NCBI GenBank assembly: GCA_964016885.1
Contig: OZ024747.1
Location: 29,884,001-29,948,000, forward strand
Source: Eledone cirrhosa
Lineage: Eukaryota
Length of the DNA: 64,000 bases
Direction: 5' to 3'
This document shows positions 12,401 through 27,900 of the stretch, one piece after another (within the stretch, counting starts at the first letter, position 1; the number at the start of each line of letters is the position of its first letter). The translations under genes and the position numbers were made by a program. A model generated the notes under the pieces. It was not told where the DNA came from. It did no database searches and worked only from the letters and a program-made list of their open reading frames with translations.

Positions 12401-15400
12401 GATTGATTTTTTTTCTTTCGAAATATCTACTTTCTGATTTCGAAAATTGATATATATTTTGTATTTTTCAAACACAATGTATAAACGCATTTTTTTAAAA
12501 AAAAACATTTTTTCCAAATACTGTGTAAATTGATCAATTTGTGAAAAAACCTAAAAATATCAATTTTAGAAATCAGAAGTAAATATTTCGAAAAGTATAA
12601 AAAAAATTGATTATTTTAGGTTTTTCACAAATTGATCATTTTACACAGTATTTCGAAAAATTGTTTTTTTTTCCAAAAACATTGATTTTTTTCTTTCGAA
12701 ATATATATTTTCTGATTTCGAAAATTGATATACATTTTGTATTTTTCAAATATTTTTCAACGTGTTGAAACATAATGTATAAACGCATTTTTTTGAAAAA
12801 AAACTTTTTTTCCAAATACTGTGTAAAATGATCAATTTGTGAAAAACCTAAAAAAATCAATTTTAGAAATCAGAAGTAAATATTTCGAAAAGTATAAAAA
12901 AATTGATTATTTTAGGTTTTTCACAAATTGATAATTTTACACAGTATTTCGAAAAATTGTTTTTTTTCAAAAAAGATTGATTTTTTTTCTTTCGAAATAT
13001 ATACTCTCTGATTTCGAAAATTGATATATATTTTGTATTTTTCAAACATATTGTATAAACGCATTTTTTTTGAAAAAAAAACATTTTTCCAAATACTCTG
13101 TAAAATGATCAATTTGTGAAAAACCTAAAAAAATCAATTTTAGAAGTCAGAAGTAAATATTTCGAAAAGTATAAAAAAATTGATTATTTTAGGTTTTTCA
13201 CAAATTGATAATTTTACACAGTATTTCGAAAATTGTTTTTTTTCAAAAAAGATTGATTTTTTTTTATCGAAATATATACTTTCTGATTTCGTAAATTGAT
13301 ATACATTTTGTATTTTTCAAATATTTTTCAACGTGTTGAAACACAATGTATAAACGCATTTTTTTGAAAAAAAACATTTTTTCCAAATACTGTGTAAAAT
13401 AATCAATTTGTGAAAAACCTAAAAAAAATCAATTTTAGAAATCAGAAGTAAATATTTCGAAAAGTATAAAAAATTTGATTATTTTAGGTTTTTCACAAAT
13501 TGATCATTTTACACAGTATTTCGAAAAATTGTTTTTTTTTCAAAAAACATTGATTTTTTTCTTTCGAAATATATACTTTCTGATTTCGAAAATTGATATA
13601 TATTTTGTATTTTTCAAATATTTTTGAACGTGTTGAAACATAATGTATAAACGCATTTTTTTGAAAAAAAACTTTTTTTCCAAATACTGTGTAAATTGAT
13701 CAATTTGTGAAAAACCTAAAAAAATCAATTCTAGAAATCAAAAGTAAATATTTCGAAAAGTTGATTATTTTAGGTTTTTTACAAATTGATCATTTTACAC
13801 AGTATTTCGAAAAGTTGTTTTTTTACAAAAAACATTGATTTTTTTTCTTTCGAAATATATACTTTCTGATTTCGAAAATTGATATATATTTTGTATTTTT
13901 CAAACACAATGTATAAACGTATTTTTTTGAAAAAAAAACATTTTTTCCAAATACTGCGTAAAATGATCAATTTGTGAAAAACCTAAAAAAATCAATTTTA
14001 GAAATCAGAAGTAGATATTTCGAAAAGTATAAAAAAATTGATTATTTTAGGTTTTTCACAAATTGATAATTTTACACAGTATTTCGAAAAATTGTTTTTT
14101 TTCAAAAAAGATTGATTTTTTTTCTTTCGAAATATCTACTTTCTGATTTCGAAAATTGTTATATATTTTGTATTTTTAAAAAGTTTTTCAACGTGTCGAA
14201 ACATAATGTATAAACGCATTTTTTCCAAATACTGTGTAAAATGATCTATTTGTGAAAAAGCTAAAAAAATCAATTTTAGAAATCGGAAGTAAATATTTCG
14301 AAAAGTATAAAAAAATTGATTATTTTAGGTTTTTCACAAATTGATCATTTTACACAGTATTTCGAAAAATTGTTTTTTTATCAAAAAAGATTGATTTTTT
14401 TTCTTTCGAAATATATAATTTCTGATTTCGAAAATTGATATATATTTTGTATTTTTCAAACACAATGTATAAACGCATTTTTTTTAAAAAAAACATTTTT
14501 TCCAAATACTGTGTAAATTGATCAATTTGTGAAAAAACCTAAAAATATCAATTTTAGAAATCAGAAGTAAATATTTCGAAAAGTATAAAAAAAATTGATT
14601 ATTTTAAGTTTTTCACAAATTGATCGTTTTACACAGTATTTCGAAAAATTGTTTTTTTTCCAAAAACATTGATTTTTTTCTTTCGAAATATATATTTTCT
14701 GATTTCGAAAATTGATATACATTTTGTATTTTTCAAATATTTTTCAACGTGTTGAAACATAATGTATAAACGCATTTTTTTGAAAAAAAACTTTTTTTCC
14801 AAATACTGTGTAAATTGATCAATTTGTGAAAAACCTAAAAAAATCAATTTTAGAAATCAAAAGTAAATATTTCGAAAAGTTGATTATTTTAGGTTTTTTA
14901 CAAATTGATCATTTTACACAGTATTTCGAAAAATTGTTTTTTTTCAAAAAACATTGATTTTTTTCTTTCGAAATATATACTTTCTGATCTCGAAAATTGA
15001 TATATATTTTGTATTTTTCAAATATTTTTCAACGTATCGAAACAATGTATAAATGCATTTTTTCCAAATACTGTGTAAAAGATCTATTTGTGAAAAAGCT
15101 AAAAAAATCAATTTTAGAAATCGGAAGTAAATATTTCGAAAAGTATAAAAAAATTGATTATTTTAGGTTTTTCACAAATTGATCATTTTAAACAGTATTT
15201 CGAAAAATTATTTTTTTTCCAAAAACATTGATTTTTTTCTTTCGAAATATATACTTTCTGATTTCGAAAATTGATATATATTTTGTATTTTTCAAACACA
15301 ATGTATAAACGCATTTTTTTAAAAAAAAACATTTTTTCCAAATACTGTGTAAATTGATCAATTTGTGCAATTTTAGAAATCAGAAGTAAATATTTCGAAA

Positions 15401-18400
15401 AGTATAAAAAAAATTGATTATTTTAGGTTTTTCACAAATTGATCATTTTACACAGTATTTCGAAAAATTGTTTTTTTTCCAAAAACATTGATTTTTTTCT
15501 TTCGAAGTATATATTTTCTGATTTCGAAAATTGATATACATTTTGTATTTTTCAAATATTTTTCAACGTGTTGAAACATAATGTATAAACGCATTTTTTT
15601 GAAAAAAAACTTTTTTTCCAAATACTGTGTAAATTGATCAATTTGTGAAAAACCTAAAAAAATCAATTCTAGAAATCAGAAGTAAATATTTCGAAAAGTT
15701 GATTATTTTAGGTTTTTTACAAATTGATCATTTTACACAGTATTTCGAAAAATTGTTTTTTTACAAAAAACATTGATTTTTTTTCTTTCGAAATATATAC
15801 TTTCTGATTTCGAAAATTGATATATATTTTGTATTTTTCAAACACAATGTATAAACGCATTTTTTTGAAAAAAAACATTTTTTCCAAATACTGTGTAAAT
15901 TGATCAATTTGTGAAAAACCTAAAAAAATCAATTCTAGAAATCAAAAGTAAATATTTCGAAAAGTTGATTATTTTAGGTTTTTTACAAATTGATCATTTT
16001 ACACAGTATTTCGAAAAATTGTTTTTTTACAAAAAACATTGATTTTTTTTCTTTCGAAATATATACTTTCTGATTTCGAAAATTGATATATATTTTGTAT
16101 TTTTCAAACACAATGTATAAACGCATTTTTTTGAAAAAAAACATTTTTTCCAAATACTGTGTAAATTGATCAATTTGTGAAAAACCTAAAAAAATCAATT
16201 CTAGAAATCAAAAGTAAATATTTCGAAAAGTTGATTATTTTAGGTTTTTTACAAATTGATCATTTTACACAGTATTTCGAAAAATTGTTTTTTTATCAAA
16301 AGACATTGATTTTTTTTCTTTCGAAATATATACTTTCTGATTTCGAAAATTGATATATATTTTGTATTTTTCAAACATAAACGCATTTTTTTGAAAAAAA
16401 ACATTTTTTCCAAATACTTTGTAAAATGATCAATTTGTGAAAAACCTAAAAAAATCAATTTTAGAAATCAGAAGTAGATATTTCGAAAAGTATAAAAAAA
16501 TTGATTATTTTAGGTTTTTCACAAATTGATAATTTTACACAGTATTTCGAAAAATTGTTTTTTTTCAAAAAAGATTGATTTTTTTTCTTTCGAAATATCT
16601 ACTTTCTGATTTCGAAAATTGTTATATATTTTGTATTTTTAAAAAGTTTTTCAACGTGTCGAAACATAATGTATAAACGCATTTTTTCCAAATACTGTGT
16701 AAAATGATCTATTTGTGAAAAAGCTAAAAAAATCAATTTTAGAAATCGGAAGTAAATATTTCGAAAAGTATAAAAAAATTGATTATTTTAGGTTTTTCAC
16801 AAATTGATAATTTTACACAGTATTTCGAAAATTTGTTTTTTTTCAAAAAAGATTGATTTTTTTTCTATCGAAATATATACTTTCTGATTTCGAAAATTGA
16901 TATACATTTTGTATTTTTCAAATATTTTTCAACGTATGTATAAACAAGGTTTTGAAAAAAAACATTTTTTCCAAATACTGTGTAAATTGATCAATTTGTG
17001 AAAAAACCTAAAAAAATCAATTTTAGAAATCAGAAGTAAATATTTCGAAAAGTGTAAACAAATTGATTATTTTAGGTTTTTCACAAATTGATCATTTTAC
17101 ACAGTATTTCGAAAAATTGTTTTTTTTCAAAAAAGATTGATTTTTTTTCTTTTGAAATATATACTTTCTGATTTCGAAAATTGTTATATAATTTGTATTT
17201 TTAAAAAATTTTTCAGCGTGTGTGTATAAATGTATAAACGCATTTTTTCCAAATACTGTGTAAAATGATCTATTTGTGAAAAAGATAAGAAAATCAATTT
17301 TAGAAATCGGAAGTAAATATTTCGAAAATTATAAAAAAATTGATTATTTTAGGTTTTTCACAAATTGATCATTTTAAACAGTATTTCGAAAAATTATTTT
17401 TTTTCCAAAAACATTGATTTTTTTCTTTCGGAATATATACTTTCTGATTTCGAAAATTGATATATATTTTGTATTTTTCAAACACAATGTATAAACGCAT
17501 TTTTTTGAAAAGAAAACATTTTTTCCAAATACTGTGTAAAATGATCAATTTGTCAAAAACCTAAAAAAATCAATTTTAGAAATCAGAAGTAAATATTTCG
17601 AAAAGTATAAAAAAATTGATTATTTTAGGTTTTTCACAAATTGATCATTTTACACAGTATTTCGAAAAATTGTTTTTTTTCAAAAAAGATTGATTTTTTT
17701 TCTTTCGAAATATATAATTTCTGATTTCGAAATTTGATATATATTTTGTATTTTTCAAAAATTTTTCAACGTGTTGAAACACAATGTATAACCGCATTTT
17801 TTTGAAAAAAAACATTTTTTCCAAATACTGTGTAAATTGATCAATTTGTGAAAAAACCTAAAAAAATCAATTTTAGAAATCAGAAGTAAATATTTCGAAA
17901 AGTGTAAACAAATTGATTATTTTAGGTTTTTCACAAATTGATCATTTTACACAGTATTTCGAAAAATTGTTTTTTTTCAAAAAAGATTGATTTTTTTTCT
18001 TTCGAAATATCTACTTTCTGATTTCGAAAATTGATATATATTTTGTATTTTTCAAACAATGTATAAACGCATTTTTTTAAAAAAAAACATTTTTTCCAAA
18101 TACTGTGTAAATTGATCAATTTGTGAAAAAACATAAAAATATCAATTTTAGAAATCAGAAGTAAATATTTCGAAAAGTATAAAAAAAATTGATTATTTTA
18201 GGTTTTTCACAAATTGATCATTTTACACAGTATTTCGAAAAATTGTTTTTTTTCCAAAAACATTGATTTTTTTCTTTCGAAATATATATTTTCTGATTTC
18301 GAAAATTGATATACATTTTGTATTTTTCAAATATTTTTCAACGTGTTGAAACATAATGTATAAACGCATTTTTTTGAAAAAAAACTTTTTTTCCAAATAC

Positions 18401-21400
18401 TGTGTAAAATGATCAATTTGTGAAAAACCTAAAAAAATCAATTTTAGAAATCAGGAGTAAATATTTCGAAAAGTATAAAAAAATTGATTATTTTAGGTTT
18501 TTCACAAATTGATAATTTTACACAGTATTTCGAAAAATTGTTTTTTTTCAAAAAAGATTGATTTTTTTTCTTTCGAAATATATACTCTCTGATTTCGAAA
18601 ATTGATATATATTTTGTATTTTTCAAACATATTGTATAAACGCATTTTTTTTGAAAAAAAAACATTTTTCCAAATACTCTGTAAAATGATCAATTTGTGA
18701 AAAACCTAAAAAAATCAATTTTAGAAGTCAGAAGTAAATATTTCGAAAAGTATAAAAAAATTGATTATTTTAGGTTTTTCACAAATTGATAATTTTACAC
18801 AGTATTTCGAAAATTGTTTTTTTTCAAAAAAGATTGATTTTTTTTTATCGAAATATATACTTTCTGATTTCGTAAATTGATATACATTTTGTATTTTTCA
18901 AATATTTTTCAACGTGTTGAAACACAATGTATAAACGCATTTTTTTGAAAAAAAACATTTTTTCCAAATACTGTGTAAAATAATCAATTTGTGAAAAACC
19001 TAAAAAAAATCAATTTTAGAAATCAGAAGTAAATATTTCGAAAAGTATAAAAAATTTGATTATTTTAGGTTTTTTACAAATTGATCATTTTACACAGTAT
19101 TTCGAAAAATTGTTTTTTTTCAAAAAACATTGATTTTTTTCTTTCGAAATATATACTTTCTGATTTCGAAAATTGATATATATTTTGTATTTTTCAAATA
19201 TTTTTGAACGTGTTGAAACATAATGTATAAACGCATTTTTTTGAAAAAAAACTTTTTTTCCAAATACTGTGTAAATTGATCAATTTGTGAAAAACCTAAA
19301 AAAATCAATTCTAGAAATCAAAAGTAAATATTTCGAAAAGTTGATTATTTTAGGTTTTTTACAAATTGATCATTTTACACAGTATTTCGAAAAGTTGTTT
19401 TTTTACAAAAAACATTGATTTTTTTTCTTTCGAAATATATACTTTCTGATTTCGAAAATTGATATATATTTTGTATTTTTCAAACATAAACGCATTTTTT
19501 TGAAAAAAAACATTTTTTCCAAATACTTTGTAAAATGATCAATTTGTGAAAAACCTAAAAAAATCAATTTTAGAAATCAGAAGTAGATATTTCGAAAAGT
19601 ATAAAAAAAATTGATTATTTTAGGTTTTTCACAAATTGATAATTTTACACAGTATTTCGAAAAATTGTTTTTTTTCAAAAAAGATTGATTTTTTTTCTTT
19701 CGAAATATCTACTTTCTGATTTCGAAAATTGTTATATATTTTGTATTTTTAAAAAGTTTTTCAACGTGTCGAAACATAATGTATAAACGCATTTTTTCCA
19801 AATACTGTGTAAAATGATCTATTTGTGAAAAAGCTAAAAAAATCAATTTTAGAAATCGGAAGTAAATATTTCGAAAAGTATAAAAAAATTGATTATTTTA
19901 GGTTTTTCACAAATTGATAATTTTACACAGTATTTCGAAAATTTGTTTTTTTTCAAAAAAGATTGATTTTTTTTCTATCGAAATATATACTTTCTGATTT
20001 CGAAAATTGATATACATTTTGTATTTTTCAAATATTTTTCAACGTATGTATAAACAAGGTTTTGAAAAAAAACATTTTTTCCAAATACTGTGTAAATTGA
20101 TCAATTTGTGAAAAAACCTAAAAAAATCAATTTTAGAAATCAGAAGTAAATATTTCGAAAAGTGTAAACAAATTGATTATTTTAGGTTTTTCACAAATTG
20201 ATCATTTTACACAGTATTTCGAAAAATTGTTTTTTTTCAAAAAAGATTGATTTTTTTTCTTTTGAAATATATACTTTCTGATTTCGAAAATTGTTATATA
20301 ATTTGTATTTTTAAAAAATTTTTCAGCATGTGTGTATAAATGTATAAACGCATTTTTTCCAAATACTGTGTAAAATGATCTATTTGTGAAAAAGATAAAA
20401 AAATCAATTTTAGAAATCGGAAGTAAATATTTCGAAAAGTATAAAAAAATTGATTATTTTAGGTTTTTCACAAATTGATCATTTTAAACAGTATTTCGAA
20501 AAATTATTTTTTTTCCAAAAACATTGATTTTTTTCTTTCGGAATATATACTTTCTGATTTCGAAAATTGATATATATTTTGTATTTTTCAAACACAATGT
20601 ATAAACGCATTTTTTTGAAAAGAAAACATTTTTTCCAAATACTGTGTAAAATGATCAATTTGTGAAAAACCTAAAAAAATCAATTTTGGAAATCAGAAGT
20701 AAATATTTCGAAAAGTATAAAAAAATTGATTATTTTAGGTTTTTCACAAATTGATCATTTTACACAGTATTTCGAAAAATTGTTTTTTTATCAAAAAAGA
20801 TTGATTTTTTTTCTTTCGAAATATATAATTTCTGATTTCGAAATTTGATATATATTTTGTATTTTTCAAAAATTTTTCAACGTGTTGAAACACAATGTAT
20901 AAACGCATTTTTTTGAAAAAAAACATTTTTTCCAAATACTGTGTAAATTGATCAATTTGTGAAAAAACCTAAAAAAATCAATTTTAGAAATCAGAAGTAA
21001 ATATTTCGAAAAGTGTAAACAAATTGATTATTTTAGGTTTTTCACAAATTGATCATTTTACACAGTATTTCGAAAAATTGTTTTTTTTCAAAAAAGATTG
21101 ATTTTTTTTCTTTCGAAATATCTACTTTCTGATTTCGAAAATTGATATATATTTTGTATTTTTCAAACAATGTATAAACGCATTTTTTTTAAAAAAAACA
21201 TTTTTTCCAAATACTGTGTAAATTGATCAATTTGTGAAAAAACCTAAAAATATCAATTTTAGAAATCAGAAGTAAATATTTCGAAAAGTATAAAAAAAAT
21301 TGATTATTTTAGGTTTTTCACAAATTGATCATTTTACACAGTATTTCGAAAAATTGTTTTTTTTCCAAAAACATTGATTTTTTTCTTTCGAAATATATAT

Positions 21401-22700
21401 TTTCTGATTTCGAAAATTGATATACATTTTGTATTTTTCAAATATTTTTCAACGTGTTGAAACATAATGTATAAACGCATTTTGTTGAAAAAAAACTTTT
21501 TTTCCAAATACTGTGTAAAATGATCAATTTGTGAAAAACCTAAAAAAATCAATTTTAGAAATCAGAAGTAAATATTTCGAAAAGTATAAAAAAATTGATT
21601 ATTTTAGGTTTTTCACAAATTGATAATTTTACACAGTATTTCGAAAAATTGTTTTTTTTCAAAAAAGATTGATTTTTTTTCTTTCGAAATATATACTCTC
21701 TGATTTCGAAAATTGATATATATTTTGTATTTTTCAAACATATTGTATAAACGCATTTTTTTTGAAAAAAAAACATTTTTCCAAATACTCTGTAAAATGA
21801 TCAATTTGTGAAAAACCTAAAAAAATCAATTTTAGAAGTCAGAAGTAAATATTTCGAAAAGTATAAAAAAATTGATTATTTTAGGTTTTTCACAAATTGA
21901 TAATTTTACACAGTATTTCGAAAATTGTTTTTTTTCAAAAAAGATTGATTTTTTTTTATCGAAATATATACTTTCTGATTTCGTAAATTGATATACATTT
22001 TGTATTTTTCAAATATTTTTCAACGTGTTGAAACACAATGTATAAACGCATTTTTTTGAAAAAAAACATTTTTTCCAAATACTGTGTAAAATAATCAATT
22101 TGTGAAAAACCTAAAAAAAATCAATTTTAGAAATCAGAAGTAAATATTTCGAAAAGTATAAAAAATTTGATTATTTTAGGTTTTTTACAAATTGATCATT
22201 TTACACAGTATTTCGAAAAATTGTTTTTTTTCAAAAAACATTGATTTTTTTCTTTCGAAATATATACTTTCTGATTTCGAAAATTGATATATATTTTGTA
22301 TTTTTCAAATATTTTTGAACGTGTTGAAACATAATGTATAAACGCATTTTTTTGAAAAAAAACTTTTTTTCCAAATACTGTGTAAATTGATCAATTTGTG
22401 AAAAACCTAAAAAAATCAATTCTAGAAATCAAAAGTAAATATTTCGAAAAGTTGATTATTTTAGGTTTTTTACAAATTGATCATTTTACACAGTATTTCG
22501 AAAAGTTGTTTTTTTACAAAAAACATTGATTTTTTTTCTTTCGAAATATATACTTTCTGATTTCGAAAATTGATATATATTTTGTATTTTTCAAACACAA
22601 TGTATAAACGTATTTTTTTGAAAAAAAACATTTTTTCCAAATACTGTGTAAAATGATCAATTTGTGAAAAACCTAAAAAAATCAATTTTAGAAATCAGAA
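9500..22700 (+). repeat. Domain dominated by an 11-monomer higher-order repeat (~3.1 kb), interrupted at about 14-16.2 kb
   Basis: Matching variant monomers/ORFs at offset 3105 (9758/12863, 10435/13540, 10674/13779) and offset 3111 (18444/21555, 18502/21613, 19120/22231). I counted 11 anchors per period. Confidence 0.85.
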
Positions 22701-24949
22701 GTAGATATTTCGAAAAGTATAAAAAAATTGATTATTTTAGGTTTTTCACAAATTGATAATTTTACACAGTATTTCATAAAATTGTTTTTTTTCAAAAAAG
22801 ATTGATTTTTTTTCTTTCGAAATATCTACTTTCTGATTTCGAAAATTGTTATATATTTTGTATTTTTAAAAAGTTTTTCAACGTGTCGAAACATAATGTA
22901 TAAACGCATTTTTTCCAAATACTGTGTAAAATGATCTATTTGTGAAAAAGCTAAAAAAATCAATTTTAGAAATCGGAAGTAAATATTTCGAAAAGTATAA
23001 AAAAATTGATTATTTTAGGTTTTTCACAAATTGATCATTTTACACAGTATTTCGAAAAATTGTTTTTTTATCAAAAAAGATTGATTTTTTTTCTTTCGAA
23101 ATATATAATTTCTGATTTCGAAATTTGATATATATTTTGTATTTTTCAAAAATTTTTCAACGTGTTGAAACACAATGTATAAACGCATTTTTTTGAAAAA
23201 AAACATTTTTTCCAAATACTGTGTAAATTGATCAATTTGTGAAAAAACCTAAAAAAATCAATTTTAGAAATCAGAAGTAAATATTTCAAAAAGTGTAAAC
23301 AAATTGATTATTTTAGGTTTTTCACAAATTGATCATTTTACACAGTATTTCGAAAAATTGTTTTTTTTCAAAAAAGATTGATTTTTTTTCTTTCGAAATA
23401 TCTACTTTCTGATTTCGAAAATTGATATATATTTTGTATTTTTCAAACACAATGTATAAACGCATTTTTTTTAAAAAAAACATTTTTTCCAAATACTGTG
23501 TAAATTGATCAATTTGTGAAAAAACCTAAAAATATCAATTTTAGAAATCAGAAGTAAATATTTCGAAAAGTATAAAAAAAATTGATTATTTTAAGTTTTT
23601 CACAAATTGATCATTTTACACAGTATTTCGAAAAATTGTTTTTTTTCCAAAAACATTGATTTTTTTCTTTCGAAATATATATTTTCTGATTTCGAAAATT
23701 GATATACATTTTGTATTTTTCAAATATTTTTCAACGTGTTGAAACATAATGTATAAACGCATTTTTTTGAAAAAAAACTTTTTTTCCAAATACTGTGTAA
23801 ATTGATCAATTTGTGAAAAACCTAAAAAAATCAATTTTAGAAATCAAAAGTAAATATTTCGAAAAGTTGATTATTTTAGGTTTTTTACAAATTGATCATT
23901 TTACACAGTATTTCGAAAAATTGTTTTTTTACAAAAAAACATTGATTTTTTTTCTTTCGAAATATATACTTTCTGATTTCGAAAATTGATATATATTTTG
24001 TATTTTTCAAACATAAACGCATTTTTTTGAAAAAAAACATTTTTTCCAAATACTTTGTAAAATGATCAATTTGTGAAAAACCTAAAAAAATCAATTTTAG
24101 AAATCAGAAGTAGATATTTCGAAAAGTATAAAAAAATTGATTATTTTAGGTTTTTCACAAATTGATAATTTTACACAGTATTTCGAAAAATTGTTTTTTT
24201 TCAAAAAAGATTGATTTTTTTCTTTCGAAATATATACTTTCTGATCTCGAAAATTGATATATATTTTGTATTTTTCAAATATTTTTCAACGTATCGAAAC
24301 AATGTATAAACGCATTTTTTCCAAATACTGTGTAAAAGATCTATTTGTGAAAAAGCTAAAAAAATCAATTTTAGAAATCGGAAGTAAATATTTCGAAAAG
24401 TATAAAAAAATTGATTATTTTAGGTTTTTCACAAATTGATCATTTTAAACAGTATTTCGAAAAATTATTTTTTTTCCAAAAACATTGATTTTTTTCTTTC
24501 GAAATATATACTTTCTGATTTCGAAAATTGATATATATTTTGTATTTTTCAAACACAATGTATAAACGCATTTTTTTAAAAAAAAACATTTTTTCCAAAT
24601 ACTGTGTAAATTGATCAATTTGTGCAATTTTAGAAATCAGAAGTAAATATTTCGAAAAGTATAAAAAAAATTGATTATTTTAGGTTTTTCACAAATTGAT
24701 CATTTTACACAGTATTTCGAAAAATTGTTTTTTTTCCCAAAACATTGATTTTTTTCTTTCGAAGTATATATTTTCTGATTTCGAAAATTGATATACATTT
24801 TGTATTTTTCAAATATTTTTCAACGTGTTGAAACATAATGTATAAACGCATTTTTTTGAAAAAAAACTTTTTTTCCAAATACTGTGTAAATTGATCAATT
24901 TGTGAAAAACCTAAAAAAATCAATTCTAGAAATCAAAAGTAAATATTTC

Positions 24950-27900
24950 GAAAAGTTGATTATTTTAGGTTTTTTACAAATTGATCATTTTACACAGTAT
25001 TTCGAAAAATTGTTTTTTTATCAAAAGACATTGATTTTTTTTCTTTCGAAATATATACTTTCTGATTTCGAAAATTGATATATATTTTGTATTTTTCAAA
25101 CATAAACGCATTTTTTTGAAAAAAAACATTTTTTCCAAATACTTTGTAAAATGATCAATTTGTGAAAAACCTAAAAAAATCAATTTTAGAAATCAGAAGT
25201 AGATATTTCGAAAAGTATAAAAAAATTGATTATTTTAGGTTTTTCACAAATTGATAATTTTACACAGTATTTCGAAAAATTGTTTTTTTTCAAAAAAGAT
25301 TGATTTTTTTTCTTTCGAAATATCTACTTTCTGATTTCGAAAATTGTTATATATTTTGTATTTTTAAAAAGTTTTTCAACGTGTCGAAACATAATGTATA
25401 AACGCAATTTTTCCAAATACTGTGTAAAATGATCTATTTGTGAAAAAGCTAAAAAAATCAATTTTAGAAATTGGAAGTAAATATTTCGAAAAGTATGAAA
25501 AAATTGATTATTCTAGGTTTTTCACAAATTGATCATTTTAAACAGTATTTCGAAAAATTATTTTTTTTCCAAAAACATTGATTTTTTTCTTTCGAAATAT
25601 ATATTTTCTGATTTCGAAAATTGATATATATTTTGTATTTTTCAAACACAATGTATAAACGCATTTTTTTGAAAATATACATTTTTTCCAAATACAGTGT
25701 AAAATGATCAATTTGTGAAAAACCTAAAAAAATCAATTTTAGAAATCAGAAGTAAATATTTCGAAAAGTATAAAAAAATTGATTATTTTAGGTTTTTCAC
25801 AAATTGATAATTTTACACAGTATTTCGAAAATTTGTTTTTTTTCAAAAAAGATTGATTTTTTTTCTATCGAAATATATACTTTCTGATTTCGAAAATTGA
25901 TATACATTTTGTATTTTTCAAATATTTTTCAACGTATGTATAAACAAGGTTTTGAAAAAAAACATTTTTTCCAAATACTGTGTAAATTGATCAATTTGTG
26001 AAAAAACCTAAAAAAATCAATTTTAGAAATCAGAAGTAAATATTTCGAAAAGTGTAAACAAATTGATTATTTTAGGTTTTTCACAAATTGATCATTTTAC
26101 ACAGTATTTCGAAAAATTGTTTTTTTTCAAAAAAGATTGATTTTTTTTCTTTTGAAATATATACTTTCTGATTTCGAAAATTGTTATATAATTTGTATTT
26201 TTAAAAAATTTTTCAGCGTGTGTGTATAAATGTATAAACGCATTTTTTCCAAATACTGTGTAAAATGATCTATTTGTGAAAAAGATAAAAAAATCAATTT
26301 TAGAAATCGGAAGTAAATATTTCGAAAAGTATAAAAAAATTGATTATTTTAGGTTTTTCACAAATTGATCATTTTAAACAGTATTTCGAAAAATTATTTT
26401 TTTTCCAAAAACATTGATTTTTTTCTTTCGGAATATATACTTTCTGATTTCGAAAATTGATATATATTTTGTATTTTTCAAACACAATGTATAAACGCAT
26501 TTTTTTGAAAAAAAAACATTTTTTCCAAATACTGTGTAAAATGATCAATTTGTGAAAAACCTAAAAAAATCAATTTTAGAAATCAGAAGTAAATATTTCG
26601 AAAAGTATAAAAAAATTGATTATTTTAGGTTTTTCACAAATTGATCATTTTACACAGTATTTCGAAAAATTGTTTTTTTATCAAAAAAGATTGATTTTTT
26701 TTCTTTCGAAATATATAATTTCTGATTTCGAAATTTGATATATATTTTGTATTTTTCAAAAATTTTTCAACGTGTTGAAACACAATGTATAAACGCATTT
26801 TTTTGAAAAAAAACATTTTTTCCAAATACTGTGTAAATTGATCAATTTGTGAAAAAACCTAAAAAAATCAATTTTAGAAATCAGAAGTAAATATTTCGAA
26901 AAGTGTAAACAAATTGATTATTTTAGGTTTTTCACAAATTGATCATTTTACACAGTATTTCGAAAAATTGTTTTTTTTCAAAAAAGATTGATTTTTTTTC
27001 TTTCGAAATATCTACTTTCTGATTTCGAAAATTGATATATATTTTGTATTTTTCAAACACAATGTATAAACGCATTTTTTTTAAAAAAAACATTTTTTCC
27101 AAATACTGTGTAAATTGATCAATTTGTGAAAAAACCTAAAAATATCAATTTTAGAAATCAGAAGTAAATATTTCGAAAAGTATAAAAAAAATTGATTATT
27201 TTAGGTTTTTCACAAATTGATCATTTTACACAGTATTTCGAAAAATTGTTTTTTTTCCAAAAACATTGATTTTTTTCTTTCGAAATATATATTTTCTGAT
27301 TTCGAAAATTGATATACATTTTGTATTTTTCAAATATTTTTCAACGTGTTGAAACATAATGTATAAACGCATTTTTTTGAAAAAAAACTTTTTTTCCAAA
27401 TACTGCGTAAATTGATCAATTTGTGAAAAACCTAAAAAAATCAATTCTAGAAATCAAAAGTAAATATTTCGAAAAGTTGATTATTTTAGGTTTTTCACAA
27501 ATTGATAATTTTACACAGTATTTCGACAATTTGTTTTTTTTCAAAAAAGATTGATTTTTTTTCTATCGAAATATATACTTTCTGATTTCGAAAATTGATA
27601 TACATTTTGTATTTTTCAAATATTTTTCAACGTATGTATAAACAAGGTTTTGAAAAAAAACATTTTTTCCAAATACTGTGTAAATTGATCAATTTGTGAA
27701 AAACCTAAAAAAATCAAAAGAAATCAAAAGTAAATATTTCGAAAAGTGTAAACAAATTGATTATTTTAGGTTTTTCACAAATTGATCATTTTACACAGTA
27801 TTTCGAAATATTGTTTTTTTTCAAAAAAGATTGATTTTTTTTCTTTCGAAATATCTACTTTCTGATTTCGAAAATTGTTATATATTTTGTATGTTTAAAA

